Positions 30,422 to 39,847 of a DNA stretch of 64,000 bases are shown here, one piece after another. The notes beneath the pieces were generated by a model. The model was not told the DNA's origin, searched no databases, and was given only the letters and a program-made list of their open reading frames with translations. The stretch's first letter is position 1, and every line of letters begins with the position of its first letter. The DNA comes from an uncultured Pelagibacteraceae bacterium. GTDB lineage: Bacteria > Pseudomonadota > Alphaproteobacteria > Pelagibacterales > Pelagibacteraceae. Position numbers and translations under genes: made by a program. The stretch lies in NCBI GenBank assembly GCA_902600855.1, contig CACKKY010000001.1:6851-70850 (forward strand), read 5' to 3'.

Positions 30422-30461
30422 GAGGTGATGGAGGGAGACTGAAATCACCTCTTTTTTTTTT
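30422..30461 (+). terminator. Intrinsic-terminator-like hairpin with no upstream + strand CDS (candidate sRNA or attenuator)
   Basis: GAGGTGAT-ggagggagactgaa-ATCACCTC followed by T10. Confidence 0.6.
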
Positions 30462-30504
30462 GTTAATTATTTATACCTAATAAATTATCCTATATATTTA
30501 TACT

Positions 30505-30705
30505 ATGTCAGACAGAAAAATCAGATCGGTTGCTAAAACTTTTTCTTGGAGGCTTTTTATATTTATTTATTGGTCAATTTTTGGCTATATATTTACAGGA
30601 ACCTTTACTGGTGCTGGAATATTGGGATTTGGTTCTATAATTCCACTTTTCTTTTATTATTTTCATGAAAGAATTTGGAATAGAGTTAAATGGGGCCTAA
30701 ATTAA
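30505..30705 (+). CDS. DUF2061-like small membrane protein
   Basis: RSVAKTFSWR ... YYFHERIWNRVKWG pattern. Confidence 0.8.
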   Translation: MSDRKIRSVAKTFSWRLFIFIYWSIFGYIFTGTFTGAGILGFGSIIPLFFYYFHERIWNRVKWGLN

Positions 30706-30714
30706 AAAAAATTT

Positions 30715-32019
30715 CTAAATAAATTTTTGAAGTTTATCAGAAACAATCACTCTTTTATTATTTATGTAATCTTCGTGATTTTTTTCTATGCTTTTTAATT
30801 CATAAAGATAATTAACCATCACCCCAAAAGATCTCTCAAATCCAACATCTGAGATATTCGCATTAACTACTATATCATCAATAATTGCACCGTTACCTAA
30901 ATGAAATCTACAAACATCATTTACTGGAAGTAATTTTTTATTTTTTTCATTCACTAAGTAATGTGCAACTAATCTGATTATAGCCTCTTTATTTGAAGCT
31001 ATTCTTGTATCACCTATTTTTAAATCTTTTGATTTTAGAAAAGAAATACTTTCGTAAGGTATTTTTCCTAATATATTTTTAATTTTACTTTCCTCTAAAG
31101 TTAGAAACCAATTCCTAAAACCTACTATTGGTGAAAGAGTACCAAAATTCTTAACATTTGGTAACTCTTCTTGCAATTCATAAACAACTCTTTTGATCAA
31201 AAAATTTCCTAGAGTAACTCTTGATAAACCTTCTTGACAATTACTAATAGAATAAAAAGTTGCCGTATCATATTTCTTATCACCTTCAGATCTTGGTTTC
31301 TTAATTTCTTGAATTGATTTACCTAAACCATTCGTCAATGCTACTTGAACAAAAATTATAGGTTCATCCTCTAAAGCTGGGTGAAAGTAAGAAAAGAACC
31401 TTCGATCCTCTCCTAAACGTCTTTTTAACTCATTCATATCTTTAATTTTATGAACTCTTTCATATTGCATAATTTTTTCTAAAATGGCAGCTTTTGTATC
31501 CCAAGTAATTTTTGTTAATTTTAAAAAACCTGGATTAAACCATGATTTAAATAATTCTCGAAGATCATCATCTAATACTTGTAAGTCTTTATTTTCATCT
31601 AAAATTTTTAATAAATCTTCTCTTAATGAAACTATTGTAGAAATTCCATTTGGCGACATATTCATACGTCTAAAAAGTTCTCGTCTTTTACCTTCTGACA
31701 CATTAAAAAGTCTAGAAAGATTTATATCGGTTTGAGTCTTTTTATAGTTATCTATAGCTTCATTTACTTTAGTATGACTTGGTTTATATTTTTCATTGAT
31801 TTTTTTAAAAAATAAAAGTTTATTATCAGGGGATAATGTTTGATATAAATCAGTTATATCTCTAGCGACTGTAATACCAAAAGCAGCACCTTTGTTTGAA
31901 ATTAAATCATCACATAAAGAAATAATTGAGTCTAAATTATCTTTTTTAATTTCACTTTTTTTAAATAATTTTTGACCTACGTCAGCGATTGATGAAATAA
32001 TGTCTTTTAAATTAAACAT
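30715..32019 (-). CDS. Malonyl-CoA decarboxylase
   Basis: WFNPGFL, YERVH, EPIIFVQVAL, FYSISNCQEGL, GNFLIKRVV, TLSP, FHLGNGA, SFGVMVNYLY. Confidence 0.93.
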   Translation of the reverse strand: MFNLKDIISSIADVGQKLFKKSEIKKDNLDSIISLCDDLISNKGAAFGITVARDITDLYQTLSPDNKLLFFKKINEKYKPSHTKVNEAIDNYKKTQTDINLSRLFNVSEGKRRELFRRMNMSPNGISTIVSLREDLLKILDENKDLQVLDDDLRELFKSWFNPGFLKLTKITWDTKAAILEKIMQYERVHKIKDMNELKRRLGEDRRFFSYFHPALEDEPIIFVQVALTNGLGKSIQEIKKPRSEGDKKYDTATFYSISNCQEGLSRVTLGNFLIKRVVYELQEELPNVKNFGTLSPIVGFRNWFLTLEESKIKNILGKIPYESISFLKSKDLKIGDTRIASNKEAIIRLVAHYLVNEKNKKLLPVNDVCRFHLGNGAIIDDIVVNANISDVGFERSFGVMVNYLYELKSIEKNHEDYINNKRVIVSDKLQKFI

Positions 32020-32054
32020 ATGAGATCTTATAACCCTCTAATCTTAATTTTTTA

Positions 32055-32894
32055 CTAGTTTATACTCAAATACTCAATAAATGATCTAATTGAGACAATA
32101 ATTAAAAAAGTTCCAAATATTTTGCTCAAGATTTTTTTATTAATTTTATATACCGCTTTGGCTCCTAATCTTGCCATTATCATTGTCACAGGAACAAAAA
32201 CTAAGAATCCCAATAAATTTATATAACCTAAACTAAATGGCGTATTTACATTATCTATAACTTTTCCTCCAATTATCATTGTAATAGATCCACTCAAAGC
32301 GATTAAAAATCCAACTGCAGCTGCAGTTCCAATTGATTTTCTTATATCATATCCAAACGTTCTCATAAATGGTACCATCAACGATCCACCTCCTATTCCT
32401 AAAGGCACAGATATAAAACCAATAACTACTCCAGATATATTTTTAACTAAATCAGAAATTTTTTTTGGGTTTTCAACAAGCTTTTCCCTTAAAAAAATAA
32501 AAAAAAATCCTACCATAAAGGCAAATATTGAAAAAAATAATACTAGCGCTGGAGTTTTTAAATTTACTGCCAAAAAAGTTCCAGCAATAACACCAAATAA
32601 AATAAATATACCAAATGACTTTACCATTTTAAAGTCAACAGCATCATACTCCATATGGGTTTTTGTTGATACAACTGATGTTGGAATAATTATTGCTAAA
32701 GATGTTCCAACTGCAAGATGCATTCTAGTAACAATATCAAAATCTAAAACAGAAAACGCATAATATAAAGCAGGAACCATAATAATACCTCCTCCAACAC
32801 CTAATAACCCAGCCATAAAACCTGCAACAGCTGCTGCCATTGCTAATACAGCTAATAGGTTAACAATTTCATTAAAGTTTATATTTTCCATCAT
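32055..32894 (-). CDS. TauE/SafE (TSUP) family exporter
   Basis: AGLLGVGGGIIMVP and GIGGGSLMVP repeats, AVGTSLA. Confidence 0.88.
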   Translation of the reverse strand: MMENINFNEIVNLLAVLAMAAAVAGFMAGLLGVGGGIIMVPALYYAFSVLDFDIVTRMHLAVGTSLAIIIPTSVVSTKTHMEYDAVDFKMVKSFGIFILFGVIAGTFLAVNLKTPALVLFFSIFAFMVGFFFIFLREKLVENPKKISDLVKNISGVVIGFISVPLGIGGGSLMVPFMRTFGYDIRKSIGTAAAVGFLIALSGSITMIIGGKVIDNVNTPFSLGYINLLGFLVFVPVTMIMARLGAKAVYKINKKILSKIFGTFLIIVSIRSFIEYLSIN

Positions 32895-33895
32895 GAATTA
32901 ACTTGATTTGCCTTTTCATTATTTTGAACAATAGTCATTATATGTTTTGCTTTTTGAAAATCGGAGTCTCTTGCCATCATATTATCACTTAAATATCTCT
33001 TCCATTCTTTTGATCCAACTTGACCATGATATAAACCAACAGTATGTCTCATAATATGATTAACTTTTGTGCCTGATTTAACTTCTCTATCCAAATATTC
33101 TAAAAGTTTTTCAGCTACTTGTTCTCTAGTTGGGTTATCTTTTGTTTTAAATATTTCTTTTTCTATTTCTACTAATGAATAAGGATTTTGATAAATTGAT
33201 CTACCTATCATAACACCATCACAAAATTTTAAGTGGTTATCTATTTCATCTATTTTTGAAATTCCACCATTGATAATAATTTCTAATTCTGGATTTTTTT
33301 TTTTAATTTCATAAACCATGTTGTAATTTAATTTTGGAATATTTAAATTTTGTTTAGGAGATAACCCTGTTAACATTGCTTTTCTAGCATGTAGAATAAA
33401 AGTCTTTGCTCCTGCGTCACGCATTTTATGAATAAAATTGTTTAAATAATTAAATTCCTCCGTGTCATCAAAACCAATTCGTGTTTTAGCAGTTACAGGT
33501 ATATTGCAAGAATTAACCATAGAATTTATACATTCTGCAACTAAGTCTGGTTCTTTCATCAAACAAGCGCCAAACATGTTTTTTTGAACCTTTTTACTAG
33601 GGCAACCTAAATTTATATTAATTTCATCATAGCCCATATCTTCAGCTATTTTTGCTACTTCAGATAACTCCTCTTTATCAGACCCACCGACTTGAAGTGC
33701 TAGTGGTTTTTCTTCAGGGCTATATGACAAAATTTTTTTTCTATCCCCATAGATAGCTGATTTTGTAGCTACCATTTCAGTATAAAGAAGCACGTTTTTA
33801 CTCATTAATCTTAAGAAAAACCGATCATGTCTATCGGTGCAATCCATCATTGGTGCAACTGAAATTTTTCTATTTATATTTTTTTTAATATCCAA
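32891..33895 (-). CDS. dusA: tRNA dihydrouridine synthase A
   Basis: SVAPMMDCTDRH, NINLGCPS, HARKAML.GLSPKQN, GVMIGR. Confidence 0.93.
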   Translation of the reverse strand: MDIKKNINRKISVAPMMDCTDRHDRFFLRLMSKNVLLYTEMVATKSAIYGDRKKILSYSPEEKPLALQVGGSDKEELSEVAKIAEDMGYDEININLGCPSKKVQKNMFGACLMKEPDLVAECINSMVNSCNIPVTAKTRIGFDDTEEFNYLNNFIHKMRDAGAKTFILHARKAMLTGLSPKQNLNIPKLNYNMVYEIKKKNPELEIIINGGISKIDEIDNHLKFCDGVMIGRSIYQNPYSLVEIEKEIFKTKDNPTREQVAEKLLEYLDREVKSGTKVNHIMRHTVGLYHGQVGSKEWKRYLSDNMMARDSDFQKAKHIMTIVQNNEKANQVNS

Positions 33896-35216
33896 GAGGT
33901 TTACCCATTATTTTATCAGGTAGCCAAGTCACTATTTCCGGAAAAATACATAAAATAAGTATAGCTAGAGCCATTATGATCATAAATGGAATTGAGCCTT
34001 TTAAAATTTCTGACAAACTAACATCAGGAGTAATACCTTTAATAATATAAAGATTTAATCCAACCGGTGGAGTTATTAATCCTATTTCCATATTAATTGT
34101 AAATACAATTGCAAACCAATACGGATCAAATCCTAAAGTTGTTATAACTGGTAATAATATTGCTGAAGTCATAACAATAACTGCTACTGGCGGTAGAAAG
34201 AAACCTGCTATTAACAGAAATATATTTATTAAAATAAATACTACCCATTTATTTGAGCTTAACTCTACCATGCTTTGCGCTAGTGATTGAGTTACATAAA
34301 GTTGAGAAAGTGTAAAAGCAAACAAATAAGAGGCTGCAATAATAAACATAATCATTACACTCTCTTTCATTGAGACTTTGACAATATTCCATATCTTTTT
34401 TGGTTGGTAAATTTTATAAACAACTGCAATTAATACAAAAACTAAAAAAGCACCTACACCCGATGCCTCAGAAGGAGTTGCTACCCCTCCATACAATACA
34501 TATAAAACACCAGCAATGATTGCTAGGAATGGAAGTATTCTTGGTAATACCTCAAGTTTTTCTTTTAATGTTGGGGGCTTCCTGTTTTTTAATGCCTTTG
34601 CAGAGTCTTTATCTATAAAGTAACTATGTATGAGTGCCCATATAGCAAACATCCCAGCTAACATAAATCCAGGTATTAACCCACATAAGAATAATCTTCC
34701 TATAGATGTGCCTGTGGCAATTCCATATACTATTAAAACTATACTAGGTGGGATCAAAACTCCTAATGTTCCACCTGCCGCTATGGTTCCAGTAGCAATT
34801 TGATCTGAATATCCTCTTTTTCTCATCTCAGGAATTCCCATAGTCCCAATCGCAGCACAAGTTGCAGGACTTGATCCACTTAATGCAGCAAAAATTGAAC
34901 AAGCACCTATATTTGAAATCACTAATCCACCAGGTAATCTCCATAGCCATCTATCTAATCCAGTATATAAATCTTTTCCTGCTGGAGAATTTGCAACGGC
35001 CATTCCCATCAAAATAAACATTGGTATAGACAGCAGAACAAATGAATTAAGTCCTGCATAAAAAGTTTCAGCAAATACATCTAACATTTGCAATCCTTCA
35101 AAAGCAACTAAAAGAGCTATTGATACAAAGCTTAAACCAAATGCAATTGGTATTCCTGAAAATAAAACTATTAAAGTAAAAACAGCAACTATTATAGCAA
35201 TAAATAATGGGTCCAT
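33885..35216 (-). CDS. TRAP transporter large permease (DctM)
   Basis: SGSSPAT, GGTLGVLIPPS, ATPSEAS, GLITPPVGLNL. Confidence 0.95.
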   Translation of the reverse strand: MDPLFIAIIVAVFTLIVLFSGIPIAFGLSFVSIALLVAFEGLQMLDVFAETFYAGLNSFVLLSIPMFILMGMAVANSPAGKDLYTGLDRWLWRLPGGLVISNIGACSIFAALSGSSPATCAAIGTMGIPEMRKRGYSDQIATGTIAAGGTLGVLIPPSIVLIVYGIATGTSIGRLFLCGLIPGFMLAGMFAIWALIHSYFIDKDSAKALKNRKPPTLKEKLEVLPRILPFLAIIAGVLYVLYGGVATPSEASGVGAFLVFVLIAVVYKIYQPKKIWNIVKVSMKESVMIMFIIAASYLFAFTLSQLYVTQSLAQSMVELSSNKWVVFILINIFLLIAGFFLPPVAVIVMTSAILLPVITTLGFDPYWFAIVFTINMEIGLITPPVGLNLYIIKGITPDVSLSEILKGSIPFMIIMALAILILCIFPEIVTWLPDKIMGKPLGY

Positions 35217-35710
35217 TAATTTACATCCTTCTCATCAGCAAGTTTGATGATTTCAGCAATATACTGCAAAATCATTAGTGCTGCCCCAATCATCATTGAT
35301 GAGTATGGAATCCATAAAGGAGGGTCCCAAACAGTACCAGTCGAATAATTTTTAGTAAATGCTTCTTCAACCATTAAAAAACCAAAATAGAATAAAATTA
35401 AGAAAAATAATAAACTTACTAATGAAGTAAAAATCTTAAGTCTTAAAACATTTTTTTTAGATAAAAAATCATAAATCCATTCCATGCTAACATGAGCTTT
35501 TTCACTTAATACATATGCACTTCCAATAAAGGTTGAAGCTACAAGAAGCATTGTAACTAACTCAGTTTGCCAAGTAATTGCTCTTTGAAAAAAATATCTT
35601 TCAAATACAAGCTCAACAATTACTAAAATTGATAAAAGTAATGCTAAGACTGCAAATGCCCCGCATGCTTTCGCAACTAAATCACAAAATTTTAGATATT
35701 TATTTTTCAT
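35216..35710 (-). CDS. TRAP transporter small permease (DctQ)
   Basis: Four TM segments, W..EL, HV.ME; sits between dctP and dctM. Confidence 0.9.
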   Translation of the reverse strand: MKNKYLKFCDLVAKACGAFAVLALLLSILVIVELVFERYFFQRAITWQTELVTMLLVASTFIGSAYVLSEKAHVSMEWIYDFLSKKNVLRLKIFTSLVSLLFFLILFYFGFLMVEEAFTKNYSTGTVWDPPLWIPYSSMMIGAALMILQYIAEIIKLADEKDVN

Positions 35711-35747
35711 AAAAAAAACCCCTACTTAAAAAAATTAAATAGGGGTT
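35711..35747 (-). terminator. Hairpin plus U-run between dctP and dctQ
   Basis: Minus strand AACCCCTATTTAA-TTTTT-TTAAGTAGGGGTT-TTTTTT directly before the dctQ ATG. Confidence 0.7.
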
Positions 35748-35761
35748 CTTTATATATTATT

Positions 35762-36772
35762 TTAATCTACTGCTAAAGCCATTTCCATTAGCTTGTCGCC
35801 ACCTGGAACTTTTTCAGCAAATGCTTTATGAGATGATTGCTTTGCAATCTCAACCCATGCAGCATGATCTTTTGCATCCATATAAACTAATTTAACACCA
35901 GCAGCTTTATAAGCGTCTTCAAATTTTTTATCTAAGTTTTCAACTTGAGCTGTCATATACTCTTCAGCAACTTTTCCAGCCTTCATTAAAGCTTTTTGTT
36001 GATTAGCGTTTAATTTATCAAAACTCATTTTTGACATTAAAATTGGCTCGTACATAAACCATAAACCAAATTTTCCTGGAGGTGTTGCACAAGTAACCTG
36101 TTCGTAAATTTTATAACTTACAAAACTTCCAGAGCTTGTATTGGCACCAGTTAGTACACCAGTTTGCAAACCAGTATAAATCTCGGAAGAAGGCATACTC
36201 TGAATTCCAGCACCAGCTTGCTCTAACATTTGGTTAAATGCTTTACCTGCTGCTCTCATTACTTGTCCCTTTGCATCACTTGGATTTTTAATACATTTTG
36301 TTTTTGAAGCAAAACCGCCGCCTAACCAAGCATCAGATAGAACAACAACACCAGCGTCATTGATTATCTTTTTAATCTCAGTCATCATCGGACCTTTATT
36401 AAATCTTAATGCATGCTCATGATTTTTTACAGTTCCTGGCATTAGAGTTGCATCAAACTCCGGATGAAATTTAGATGCATATGCTAATGGAAAAGCAGAA
36501 ATATCTAATTGACCTGTTGTCATAGGTTTCCACTGTTCTTTTGGTTTGTATAATGATTTCGCTGGATAGATTCTTATGTCCACACCAACATTTGCTTTTT
36601 TCATTTCATCAGCAATTATTTGAACCATTTCGTGTCTTGGATCAAATGAACCATCAGCTCTTGGAGTTCCTGGCCATTGGTGACTTGCTTTTAAAGTTAC
36701 TGCATATGCAGATCCAATAGTAGAAAATACAAAAACTAATGAAGTTAAATATAAAGATAATTTTCTTAACAT
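35762..36772 (-). CDS. TRAP substrate-binding protein (DctP), malonate (MatP)-like
   Basis: Signal peptide MLRKLSLYL...AYA, LKASHQWPG, MRAAG, EIYTGLQTGVL; GAGG SD before ATG 36772. Confidence 0.9.
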   Translation of the reverse strand: MLRKLSLYLTSLVFVFSTIGSAYAVTLKASHQWPGTPRADGSFDPRHEMVQIIADEMKKANVGVDIRIYPAKSLYKPKEQWKPMTTGQLDISAFPLAYASKFHPEFDATLMPGTVKNHEHALRFNKGPMMTEIKKIINDAGVVVLSDAWLGGGFASKTKCIKNPSDAKGQVMRAAGKAFNQMLEQAGAGIQSMPSSEIYTGLQTGVLTGANTSSGSFVSYKIYEQVTCATPPGKFGLWFMYEPILMSKMSFDKLNANQQKALMKAGKVAEEYMTAQVENLDKKFEDAYKAAGVKLVYMDAKDHAAWVEIAKQSSHKAFAEKVPGGDKLMEMALAVD

Positions 36773-36803
36773 TATTTTCCTCTCAGTTGTTTTTAATAGA
36801 TGC

Positions 36804-36832
36804 ATTAAATGTAAGATGTTGATAAGAGTCAA
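36804..36832 (-). promoter_or_regulatory. Putative sigma70 promoter of dctPQM
   Basis: Minus strand TTGACT-17 nt-TTTAAT. Confidence 0.5.
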
Positions 36833-36856
36833 GGCTGCAAAATTACAAATATAATT

Positions 36857-37999
36857 ATGGAAGGCCCTTTAAAAAATCTATTAGTTGTTGATTTAACTAG
36901 AGTATTAGTTGGTCCTTATTGCACTATGATGCTATCAGATCTTGGTGCTAGAGTTATAAAAATAGAGGCTCCAGAAATTGGTGATGATTCAAGAAAATTT
37001 GGTCCATTTATAAAGAATTATTCTGCATACTTCATGTCATTAAACAGAGGTAAAGAGAGTATTGCCTTAAATTTAAAAAATAATGATGATAAAAAAATTT
37101 TTGAAAAAATATTATCAAAAGCAGATATCTTAGTTGAAAATTTTAAACCAGGTACACTAGAAAAATGGGGTTATGGTTGGAAAGATGTTAGTAAAAAATA
37201 CCCAAAATTAATTTATGCATCCGCCTCAGGATTTGGCCAAACTGGACCATTAAAAGAATTGCCTGCATACGATATGGTTGTACAGGGTATGGGTGGTTTG
37301 ATGAGTGTAACTGGTCACCCCAATTCTGAACCAACAAGAGTTGGAACATCAATTGGAGACATAACTGCAGGTTTGTTTACGACAATTGGAATTAATGCAG
37401 CATTATATGACAGAGAAAAAACAGGTAAAGGTGCTTTCATTGATGTATCAATGTTAGATTGCCAAATTGCTATTTTGGAAAATGCTATCGCTAGATATTT
37501 ATCTAAAAATGAAATACCTGGACCAATGGGATCTAGACATCCATCAATTGCTCCGTTTGAAGCTTTTAAAACCAAGGATAGTTACATTATTATAGCTGCT
37601 GGTAATGATAAATTGTTCAAAAATTTATGTGATGTTTTACAAATTCCCAATATTTCAGATGATGAAAGATTTAATACAAATTCTTTAAGATGTGGAAATA
37701 TGGATCAACTTAAAGAGATATTTGAAAAAAAACTCTCAGAAAAAAATACAGAAGAATGGATCAAAGAGATGGAACAACTAAAAATTCCTTGTGGACCTAT
37801 TTTTAATATTAAACAAGCTGTAGAAAATCCACAAATTCAAGAAAGAAATATGATTGTAAAATCACGTCACAAAGTTATTGGTGATTTTAAATCAGCAGGA
37901 AATCCAATTAAATTATCAACGTATAAAGATGAAAAAACTAGAGGTGATATCCCAGACCTTGACGAACACAGAGAAAAAATATTAAAAGAATTTAGTTAA
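36857..37999 (+). CDS. Family III CoA-transferase (CaiB/BaiF)
   Basis: DLGARVIKIE, NRGKES, ENFKPG, AYD, IGDITAG (catalytic Asp). Confidence 0.93.
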   Translation: MEGPLKNLLVVDLTRVLVGPYCTMMLSDLGARVIKIEAPEIGDDSRKFGPFIKNYSAYFMSLNRGKESIALNLKNNDDKKIFEKILSKADILVENFKPGTLEKWGYGWKDVSKKYPKLIYASASGFGQTGPLKELPAYDMVVQGMGGLMSVTGHPNSEPTRVGTSIGDITAGLFTTIGINAALYDREKTGKGAFIDVSMLDCQIAILENAIARYLSKNEIPGPMGSRHPSIAPFEAFKTKDSYIIIAAGNDKLFKNLCDVLQIPNISDDERFNTNSLRCGNMDQLKEIFEKKLSEKNTEEWIKEMEQLKIPCGPIFNIKQAVENPQIQERNMIVKSRHKVIGDFKSAGNPIKLSTYKDEKTRGDIPDLDEHREKILKEFS

Positions 38000-38025
38000 A
38001 TTAAAAAATATGTTAGGAGTTTAAA

Positions 38026-39459
38026 ATGTTAAATAAAAAACAATTTTATATTAATGGAAATTGGGTAGATCCTGTTAATCCAAATGATTTAGATGTAATC
38101 AATCCTTCGACGGAAGAAGTATGTGCTGTAATATCTTTAGGCTCAAAAGAAGATACAAATAAAGCTGTGAAAGCTGCAAAATTAGCTTTTACAACATGGA
38201 AAGATACATCTAAAAAAGAAAGAATTGATCTCCTTGAAAAGTTATTAGAAATTTATACAAAAAGATCTGGAGAAATGGCAAATGCAATATCTTTAGAGAT
38301 GGGTGCTCCAATGGATTGGTCTACAGATGTTCAAACAGCTTCTGGTCAGTCTCATTTAGAAGATTTTATTTTGAGGTTAAAAGAATTTAATTTTGACAGA
38401 AAATTTAATGAAAATTCAAACAACCGAATATGTTACGAGCCAATAGGAGTTTGTGGTCTTATTACTCCTTGGAACTGGCCTATAAATCAAATCGCATTAA
38501 AAGTTGTACCTGCCTTTGCAACCGGCTGCACCATGATACTTAAACCATCAGAAATTGCACCATTATCAGCGATGCTATTTGCTGAAATGATTGATGAAGC
38601 TGGCTTTCCTCCTGGAGTATTTAATTTAGTAAATGGTGATGGTGCTGGAGTTGGAACAGATATTTCTAGTCATCCTGATATAGATTTAGTTTCATTTACA
38701 GGTTCAACACGTGCTGGAAGATTGATATCTAAAAATGCCGCTGAAACAATTAAAAAAGTTTGTCTTGAATTAGGTGGTAAAGGTGGAAATATTGTGTTTG
38801 CAGATTCTTATCCAAATGCTGTTAGGGACGGTATTAGAAATGTAATGAGTAATTCAGGACAATCATGCGACGCACCAACAAGAATGTTAGTAGAAAAATC
38901 TATTTATGATAGAGCGGTTAAAGAAGCGGCTGATGAAGCAAATTTGATTAAAGTAGATCAATCAAATAAAAAAGGTGATCATATTGGACCGGTAGTTTCA
39001 AAAATTCAATACGATAAAATTATTAGTTTAATTCAAAGTGGCATTGATGAAGGTGCAACATTAGCAGCAGGTGGTCCAGACTTACCAAATGGTATGAATA
39101 AAGGATACTTTATTAAACCTACGATTTTTACTGATGTTAAAAATGATATGAGAATTGCCAAAGAAGAAATATTTGGACCAGTGTTATCAATTATTCCATT
39201 TGAAACTGAAGAAGAAGCAATTAAAATTGTTAATGATACAGAGTATGGATTAGGAAATTATTTACAAACCGAAGATAAAGAAAAAGCTAAAAGAGTATCA
39301 AGACAATTGAATGCTGGAATAATTTATGTAAACGGTATTGCTCCAGACGCTGGAACACCTTTTGGAGGATTTAAACAATCTGGTAATGGTCGCGAAGGTG
39401 GAGTTTGGGGTTTAGAGGAATATTTAGAGGTTAAAACTGTTACTGACTGGCAGGAATAA
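38026..39459 (+). CDS. NAD-dependent aldehyde dehydrogenase
   Basis: ITPWNWP, FTGSTRAG, LELGGK, NSGQSC, EEIFGPV. Confidence 0.95.
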   Translation: MLNKKQFYINGNWVDPVNPNDLDVINPSTEEVCAVISLGSKEDTNKAVKAAKLAFTTWKDTSKKERIDLLEKLLEIYTKRSGEMANAISLEMGAPMDWSTDVQTASGQSHLEDFILRLKEFNFDRKFNENSNNRICYEPIGVCGLITPWNWPINQIALKVVPAFATGCTMILKPSEIAPLSAMLFAEMIDEAGFPPGVFNLVNGDGAGVGTDISSHPDIDLVSFTGSTRAGRLISKNAAETIKKVCLELGGKGGNIVFADSYPNAVRDGIRNVMSNSGQSCDAPTRMLVEKSIYDRAVKEAADEANLIKVDQSNKKGDHIGPVVSKIQYDKIISLIQSGIDEGATLAAGGPDLPNGMNKGYFIKPTIFTDVKNDMRIAKEEIFGPVLSIIPFETEEEAIKIVNDTEYGLGNYLQTEDKEKAKRVSRQLNAGIIYVNGIAPDAGTPFGGFKQSGNGREGGVWGLEEYLEVKTVTDWQE

Positions 39460-39460
39460 G

Positions 39461-39841
39461 ATGATTGGTTATGTTATGGTTGGCACTAATAATTTAGATC
39501 AATCTATAAAATTTTATGATGAATTGTTAGATATACTTAATTTAGAGAGAACCGAAAAAGATGATGTTTGTGCTGGATATTCTCAAAAAGGTGGAGATGG
39601 AAAAGTAGAGTTTTATGTTACAAAACCTGTAAACAAAGAAAAGGCAACAATAGGTAATGGATCACAAATATCTTTTATAACTAACTCAAGATCTATAGTA
39701 GATAAATTTCATGAAACTGCTTTAAAATTAGGTGGAACCAGTGAAGGTTCTGGTGGAGAAAGACCAGAAGGTTCAGGTGTGTACTATTCTTATATTCGTG
39801 ATTTAGATGGAAATAAAATTTGCACATTTACAAATAACTAA
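39461..39841 (+). CDS. VOC/glyoxalase-family protein
   Basis: MIGYVMVGTNNL...FYD, GNGSQISF, YIRDLDGNKI. Confidence 0.88.
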   Translation: MIGYVMVGTNNLDQSIKFYDELLDILNLERTEKDDVCAGYSQKGGDGKVEFYVTKPVNKEKATIGNGSQISFITNSRSIVDKFHETALKLGGTSEGSGGERPEGSGVYYSYIRDLDGNKICTFTNN

Positions 39842-39847
39842 AAATTA

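Noticed and set aside
36773-36832. N-terminal extension of DctP given in the ORF track
   Set aside because: The extension covers the promoter and SD; the signal peptide starts at ATG 36772
39461-39841. VOC protein as ArsI C-As lyase (arsenobetaine/organoarsenic pathway idea for the island)
   Set aside because: It lacks the vicinal Cys-Cys pair of ArsI, and no ars genes are present
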